This document shows, piece by piece, positions 58,494 to 64,000 of a DNA stretch of 64,000 bases. The stretch is taken from the NCBI GenBank assembly GCA_965261005.1, contig OZ253376.1, forward strand, positions 192,001 to 256,000. The letters run 5' to 3'. The notes under the pieces are model-generated. The model did not search any database and was not told the DNA's origin. It worked only from the letters and a program-made list of their open reading frames with translations. The position numbers were made by a program, and so were the translations under genes. This stretch comes from Deinococcus sp. Lineage in GTDB: Bacteria; Deinococcota; Deinococci; Deinococcales; Deinococcaceae. The stretch's first letter is position 1. Every line of letters starts with the position of its first letter.

Positions 58494-59558
58494 TCACGCG
58501 TCGCCGCTCGGCGCCACCCTGCCGATGGCGCGGCTCGCTCTCAGGGACGGCGCCTCGATCAGACGGTAGGCCAAGGACGCCGCCAACAGGGTGAGCGGTA
58601 CGGCCAACAGTCCCCCCAGCGCCAGCGGCACGCCCACACGGGACAGGCCCCAAGCGACCGCCAGCAGCACTGGAAAGTGCGTGGCGTACAGCGAGTAGCT
58701 GACGCGCCCGAGGTGTTGCAGCGCCGGGCGCTCCAGCCACGCCGCCGCGTGCGGCAAGTGGCACAGCGCGTACACCATCCCGGCCGCCCCCACCCCGGTC
58801 ACCCAGCGGTACAGCACGTCTTCCTCGTTCGTCAGCCAGCGCGACAGCAGCGCGCCCAGGCCCAGCAACAGCAGGCCCGAGGCCAGGGCGGGGGAGAGGC
58901 GCCCGCGCTCCGGAAAGCTGAGGCCAACCGCCGCCCCCAAGGCGAACAGCGGCAGGTACAGTAAGGAGGGAAAGCCCAGCGCGCCCAGCGTCAGCGCGAG
59001 GCCCGCCACCGGCAGCACGCTCCAAAGGCGCAGCCGCAGGGCCAGCCACGCCAGCAGCGGCATCACGAAGGCGGCCTGCCACTCCACCACCAAGGTCCAC
59101 AGCGGCGGGTTGAGGCGGTTGGCGTTCGGCACCGGCCACAGCAAGGTGAGAAAGCCCAGCAGGTCGCCCGAACTCAGCGGCTCGCTCAGGGTGCGCAGCA
59201 GCACGCTGGCCCCGCTCGGTATCTCCACATTCAGCAGCGCCCTCGACGTGAAGCCGAGCACGACCGCCAGGTAGGCGACCGGCAGCAAGCGGACCAGGCG
59301 CCGCGCCAGGTAGATGCGCAGCGCGGCGGGGGAGAAGCCGCGCCGCGCGATGGCGCGGGCGACGACGAAGCCGCTCAGCACGAAGAAGAGGTCCACCGCC
59401 GGGGCGCCCAGGTGCCACAAGGCGTACTCGAAAACCGTGGGAGGTCGCAAGCCCCAAGGCACATAGCTCAGGGCGGCGACGTGGCTGAGCACGACCGCAA
59501 AGGCCGCGAGGCCGCGTACCCCGTCCAAAAAGGCGAGCCGGACGGGGGCGCGGCTCAG
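58494..59558 (-). CDS. Acyltransferase-3 (OafA/YrhL-like); start uncertain, possibly CTG
   Basis: LDGVRGLAAFAVVLSH, VDLFFVLSGF, WTLVVEWQ, GRVSYSLY..HFP, YRLIEAP. Confidence 0.9.
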   Translation of the reverse strand: MSRAPVRLAFLDGVRGLAAFAVVLSHVAALSYVPWGLRPPTVFEYALWHLGAPAVDLFFVLSGFVVARAIARRGFSPAALRIYLARRLVRLLPVAYLAVVLGFTSRALLNVEIPSGASVLLRTLSEPLSSGDLLGFLTLLWPVPNANRLNPPLWTLVVEWQAAFVMPLLAWLALRLRLWSVLPVAGLALTLGALGFPSLLYLPLFALGAAVGLSFPERGRLSPALASGLLLLGLGALLSRWLTNEEDVLYRWVTGVGAAGMVYALCHLPHAAAWLERPALQHLGRVSYSLYATHFPVLLAVAWGLSRVGVPLALGGLLAVPLTLLAASLAYRLIEAPSLRASRAIGRVAPSGDA

Positions 59559-61186
59559 TTCAGCTTCAGGCCGGACCAAAACGCGCACTTGTGCTCCGCC
59601 GAGAAGTTGACGCTTTCCCGGCTTCCCGCCGGCGTGAAGACCTCCAGGTTGCCGCGCGCCGCCTCGAAGGGCCGCCACGGCGCTCGGTTCTGCGCCCCGT
59701 CCGCCGGGTTCGGGTCGCCCGTCCCCGCAAACCTCGCCCAGGCCGTGCTGAAGGCGTCCGAGAGCCGTCTTTGGGCGGGGCTGAACATCGCGGGGTCCGC
59801 CACGCCGGGAATCGGCGTCCCGAAGGCGTACACGAGGCTGCCGCCGTGGAAGGACCCCAGCCCCGGCAGACCTGCCGGCACCTTCAACCCGGTCGCGGCC
59901 TGCGGATCGTCGAACTCGTAGGCGTGGACCGGCACGAAGCGCGACAGCGCGGCGGCGACGTTGCGGGCCGGGCAGCTGAAGACCCCGTCGGTGAACAGCG
60001 TCGTCAGGGCCAGCGCGGGCGTGCCGTAGGCCCGAATGGGGTACTGGGCCAGCACCCGCTGGGCCGAATCGACCCCGACCAAGAGGCCGACGCCGCCCCA
60101 ATACTGAACCGCGCTGAGCGGCTGGCCCCCCGGGGACGCCACCGAGACGAACAGCCGCCCCTCGTCGTGGTTGGTGCCCAGCAGCACCGGCACGCGGTTG
60201 AAGCGCCCCCGACCAAAGGCGTCCTCCAGCGTGAGCGGTAGCGCGCCCCCGCCGTACACCGGCGACCACACCAAATTGCTGAGGGGCCGCAGACCCGGCA
60301 CCTTGGTCGCCAGTAGCGCGCTCACTGGCACGCGCCGCAGGCAGGCCAAGTCCGCCACCGAGCAGCCGAGCCTCGCCGCGTAGCTTTGGTTGCGCGCCCC
60401 CGCCTGCGCCAGCGTGACGGCGTTGCCGGGGCTGGTGCACAGCCCGCTCTGGACGATGGCCTTTTGAAACAGGCCGGCGGCGGTGGGCGAGGCCAGTTGG
60501 TCGCACACGCTCAAAGCGCCCGCCGACTCCCCGGCGACGGTCACGTTCGCCGGGTCACCGCCAAAGGCGGCGATGTTGTCCCGTACCCAGCGCAGGGCGG
60601 CCTGCTGGTCGAGCAGCCCATAGTTGCCCGAGGCGCCAAGGGGCGCCTCGGCGTCCAGCCTTGGCAGCGCCAGAAAGCCCAGGGCGCCCAGGCGGTAGTT
60701 GAGGGTCACGACCATCAGGCCGTACTTCTCGGCCAGCACGCTGCCGTCGTAAAAGCTGCCGGCGCCATTGGTGAAGCTGCCGCCGTGAATCCAGACCAGC
60801 ACGGGCAACTTGCCGCTCCCCGCCGTTCCCCTCGGCGCGTAGACGTTCAGGTACAGGCAGTCCTCGTCGCCTTGAAGCTGGCCGGGCGTGACGCCGGGCG
60901 CCGGGAACAGCGCCAGCGCCAGCTGCGGACAGACGTTGCCGAAGCTGCCGGCGTCCCTGGGCACGCGCCAAGGCTGGGGCGGCTGCGGCGCCCGCCAGCG
61001 CAAGTCGCCCACGGGCGGCGCCGCGTAGGGAATGCCGAAAAAGGTCTGCACGGCCGCTTCCCGCCCCACCACCGCCCCCTGGTCCGTCTCGACCGTGCGG
61101 GTCTGCTGGGCCTGCTGAGCTTGGGCGGCGGGGGCGAGCAGCAGGGCAAGCGAGGCGAGCAGTCGGACGCGGGACGTTCGGTTCAT
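59555..61186 (-). CDS. Secreted type-B carboxylesterase/lipase
   Basis: GIPYAAPPVGDLRW, EDCLYLNV, HGGSF, GESAG, FHGG. Confidence 0.94.
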   Translation of the reverse strand: MNRTSRVRLLASLALLLAPAAQAQQAQQTRTVETDQGAVVGREAAVQTFFGIPYAAPPVGDLRWRAPQPPQPWRVPRDAGSFGNVCPQLALALFPAPGVTPGQLQGDEDCLYLNVYAPRGTAGSGKLPVLVWIHGGSFTNGAGSFYDGSVLAEKYGLMVVTLNYRLGALGFLALPRLDAEAPLGASGNYGLLDQQAALRWVRDNIAAFGGDPANVTVAGESAGALSVCDQLASPTAAGLFQKAIVQSGLCTSPGNAVTLAQAGARNQSYAARLGCSVADLACLRRVPVSALLATKVPGLRPLSNLVWSPVYGGGALPLTLEDAFGRGRFNRVPVLLGTNHDEGRLFVSVASPGGQPLSAVQYWGGVGLLVGVDSAQRVLAQYPIRAYGTPALALTTLFTDGVFSCPARNVAAALSRFVPVHAYEFDDPQAATGLKVPAGLPGLGSFHGGSLVYAFGTPIPGVADPAMFSPAQRRLSDAFSTAWARFAGTGDPNPADGAQNRAPWRPFEAARGNLEVFTPAGSRESVNFSAEHKCAFWSGLKLN

Positions 61187-61479
61187 GAGATGCCTCCTCG
61201 CCATTCATAGCACTTCGCCGGGGCTTGATGGCGGCGCGTGTTGGGCGGAACGGCGGCGGCGGAAAACTTATTGACCGCTCCTCACACCTTCCCCTTCCCT
61301 GGACCGCCGCTACGGCGCGGTCCGGGGTTTTCTCTGCCCCGGCTGAGAACTCGCAAAAGCTCGCCGGGATAGACCTTCATGCGGGGCTGAGGCTGTCCAA
61401 AACCTTAACGGCTCCCGCTTGACGGGATCGGCGGGCGGGAACAGAATTCGGCCAGCAAAGCGACTTCGAGGGGGCAAGC

Positions 61480-61995
61480 ATGACGGTAGAAAGCGTGCGG
61501 GGCGAGGGGCTGAGCGTGCCGACGCTCAGCGTGTCCATGACGGTGAACGGCGGGGCGCGCGAGGTGCAGGTGCCGCCCCAAGCGACGTTGCTCGACGTGC
61601 TGCGCGAGCGGCTCTCGCTCACCGGCAGCAAAAAGGGCTGCAACCACGGCCAGTGCGGCGCCTGCACCGTCTTCGTGGACGGCCAGGCGGTTCTGTCCTG
61701 CCTGACCCTGACGGCCACCTTGGAGGGACGCGAGGTCACCACCATCGAGGGCCTCGCGGACGGCGAGCAACTGCACCCGATGCAGCAAGCTTTTATCGAG
61801 CACGACGCCTTTCAGTGCGGCTACTGCACGCCGGGGCAGATTATGTCGGCGGTCGCCTGCGTGCAGACCGGCCACGCCGGCGACGAGGCGGTTCTCAAGG
61901 ACTTCATGAGCGGCAACATCTGCCGCTGCGCCGCCTACCCACAGATCGTGAGGGCCGTGCAGAGCGTGGCGGGGGATGACCATGCGCCCGTTTGA
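61480..61995 (+). CDS. Aldehyde oxidoreductase/xanthine dehydrogenase 2Fe-2S subunit (PaoA/YagT-like)
   Basis: GCNHGQCGAC, QCGYCTPG, NICRC. Confidence 0.93.
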   Translation: MTVESVRGEGLSVPTLSVSMTVNGGAREVQVPPQATLLDVLRERLSLTGSKKGCNHGQCGACTVFVDGQAVLSCLTLTATLEGREVTTIEGLADGEQLHPMQQAFIEHDAFQCGYCTPGQIMSAVACVQTGHAGDEAVLKDFMSGNICRCAAYPQIVRAVQSVAGDDHAPV

Positions 61996-62965
61996 GTATG
62001 GGCGCGCGGACAGCGAGGCCCAGGCGCTGTCGCTGGGCGGCGCGTACCTGGCCGGCGGCACCACCCTGATCGACTTGATGCGGCTGAACGTCGAGCGCCC
62101 CCCGCTGGTCACCGACATCACCCGCTTGCCGCTCGGGGCGGTCGAGGAGTGGGACGGTGGGCTGCGCATCGGCGCGCTGGCGAGCAACACCGGGGTGGCC
62201 GAGCATCCCTTGGTGCGGGAACGCTTTCCGCTGCTTTCGGAGGCCATTCTGGCCGGGGCGTCACAACAGATTCGCAACATGGCCAGCATGTCGGGCAACG
62301 TGATGCAGCGGACCCGCTGCCCGTACTTCCGCAACCTCGACTTTCCCCAGTGCAACAAGCGCGATCCCGGCAGCGGCTGCGGGGCCATAGAGGGCGACCA
62401 CCGCAAGCACGCGGTCTTGGGGACCTCGGAGCAGTGCATTGCGGTGCACGCCTCGGACGCGGCGGTGGCCTTGGTGGCGCTCGACTGTACCTTGACGCTG
62501 CGCGGGCCGCAAGGGGAGCGCGAGCTGGCCCTCACGGACTTCCTGCTCCAGCCGGGCGACCACCCCGAGCGCGAGCACGACCTCAGACCTGACGAGCTGA
62601 TCGTGGGCCTGAACCTGCCGGCCTTGCCGTGGGCGCGGGGCGGCACCTACCTCAAGGTGCGCGAGCGCGAGTCGTACTCGTTCGCGCTGGCGTCGGCGGC
62701 GGTGGCCCTCGATGTGGACGGCGATACGGTGCGGGACGTGAGAATCGCCCTGGGCGGCGTCGGCACGGTGCCGTGGCGGGCCAGGGCGGCGGAGGAAACG
62801 TTGAAGGGCCAGCCCGCCACCCGCGAATCCTTCGAGGCCGCCGCCCGCATCGCCCTCCAGGACGCCAGGCCGCTGGAGCACAACGCCTACAAAGTCCCCC
62901 TCGCCCGGAACGTGATCGTCCGCGCCCTGGAACGGGTGGCCGGGCGAGGCAAGGAGAACGCATGA
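61982..62965 (+). CDS. FAD-binding subunit (PaoB/YagS-like)
   Basis: AGGTTLIDLM, GASQQIRNMA, QRTRCPYF..CNKR.PGSGC, YLKVRER. Confidence 0.93.
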   Translation: MRPFEYGRADSEAQALSLGGAYLAGGTTLIDLMRLNVERPPLVTDITRLPLGAVEEWDGGLRIGALASNTGVAEHPLVRERFPLLSEAILAGASQQIRNMASMSGNVMQRTRCPYFRNLDFPQCNKRDPGSGCGAIEGDHRKHAVLGTSEQCIAVHASDAAVALVALDCTLTLRGPQGERELALTDFLLQPGDHPEREHDLRPDELIVGLNLPALPWARGGTYLKVRERESYSFALASAAVALDVDGDTVRDVRIALGGVGTVPWRARAAEETLKGQPATRESFEAAARIALQDARPLEHNAYKVPLARNVIVRALERVAGRGKENA

Positions 62966-64000
62966 CCGCCACCAAGCCCCCCGCCGACCCCCCGGCCCTG
63001 CAAGTGCTCGGCGGCGCCATCGGACGTCCGATGAACCGGGTGGACGGCCCCGACAAGGTCACCGGCGCCGCCACCTACGCCGCCGAGTACGACCTGCCCA
63101 ACCTGGCGCACGCCGCGCTGGTCACGTCCTCGGTCGCCAGCGGCAGGGTGCGCCGCATGGACACGGCCGCCGCCGAGGCGGTGCCGGGCGTGCTGCGGGT
63201 CCTGACCCACCAGTCGCCGGACGTGCGGCTGAGGCCGCTGGAGGCCGCCTACCCCAAGAGCACCTCGGGGACCGCCCTGCTGCCGCTTCAGACCGACGAA
63301 ATTCAGCAGCGCGGCCAAGTCGTGGCGGTCGTGGTGGCGGGCACGCTGGAACAGGCCCAGCACGCCGCCACCCTCGTCGAGGTGGAGTACGACCCGTCGC
63401 CCGCCATCGGCACGCTGGGAGCCAGCTTGAACAGCGGCCGGGACGACCTGAAAGAGCCGGTCGAGGACGCGGCCTACCAGCGGGGCGACGCCGAGGGGGA
63501 ACTCGCACAAGCCGAGGTGCGCTTGGAGGCGACCTACACCACCCCGCAGGAGAACCACAACCCGATGGAGTTGCACGCCACCACGGCGGTGTGGGACAGC
63601 GAGACGCACCTGACGGTCTACGAGCCGAGCCAGTGGATTCTGGCCCCGCAGCATACCCTCGCGCACCACTTCGGCCTCGGGCCGGAGCAGGTGCGGGTGG
63701 TCTCGCCCTACATCGGCGGCGGCTTCGGCAGCAAGGCGGCCACCTGGTCCCATTTGCCCCTCGCGGCGCTGGCGGCGAGGCTGGTGAAGCGCCCGGTCAG
63801 GCTCTCGCGCACCCGCGCGCAGATGTTCGCCGGGGTTGGCTACCGGCCCGCCACCGTGCAGCGCTATCAGCTGGGCGCCTCAAAGGACGGCAAAGTCAAA
63901 GCCCTTACGCTGCACGCCGATACCCAGGCCGGCATGAACAACAGCTTTCCCGAGCAGGTCGCCAACATCGTCGAGATGCTCTACGACATTCCCAACATGC
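62962..64000 (+). CDS. Molybdopterin-binding subunit (PaoC/YagR-like), runs off window end
   Basis: Manual translation: RVDGPDKVTGAATYAAEY, HNPME.HA, GGGFGSK. Confidence 0.92.
   Translation, partial: MTATKPPADPPALQVLGGAIGRPMNRVDGPDKVTGAATYAAEYDLPNLAHAALVTSSVASGRVRRMDTAAAEAVPGVLRVLTHQSPDVRLRPLEAAYPKSTSGTALLPLQTDEIQQRGQVVAVVVAGTLEQAQHAATLVEVEYDPSPAIGTLGASLNSGRDDLKEPVEDAAYQRGDAEGELAQAEVRLEATYTTPQENHNPMELHATTAVWDSETHLTVYEPSQWILAPQHTLAHHFGLGPEQVRVVSPYIGGGFGSKAATWSHLPLAALAARLVKRPVRLSRTRAQMFAGVGYRPATVQRYQLGASKDGKVKALTLHADTQAGMNNSFPEQVANIVEMLYDIPNM

Noticed and set aside
59559..60506. 670-aa acyltransferase with a long N-terminus
   Set aside because: The extension overlaps the carboxylesterase in another frame; homology starts near 59558.

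Overview
High-GC (roughly 65-70% by eye) accessory region. Gene style, leaderless -10 promoters and a ~130-140 bp interspersed palindromic repeat point to Deinococcus (inference). From left to right it holds: a peptide ABC permease/oxidoreductase cluster; a lipoprotein subtilase with a bulb-type lectin domain; an intact IS110 element inserted into the interspersed repeat, with a readable bridge RNA; a cobalamin-riboswitch-controlled corrinoid salvage operon; many small regulator/oxidoreductase pairs; several decayed IS elements; a TPR/BTAD regulator divergent from an unannotated 49-aa secreted peptide with a repeated motif; a type I-A-like CRISPR-Cas locus (cas3 with C-terminal HD, cas8, cas7, cas5, cas1, cas2, cas4, cas6, WYL) with a 13-repeat array and an IS-truncated second array; and a PaoABC/YagTSR-like operon. 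Best novel candidate: between cas3 and a divergent RelE-like/UvrD-helicase/ankyrin gene lies a solitary degenerate CRISPR repeat with its own putative promoter, a ~21-nt guide and a U-tract. The guide matches the helicase gene's promoter next to a CCC triplet, with most defects at the Cascade flip-out positions. This suggests a Cascade-repressed toxin or defence effector. All calls were made by eye; no searches were run.
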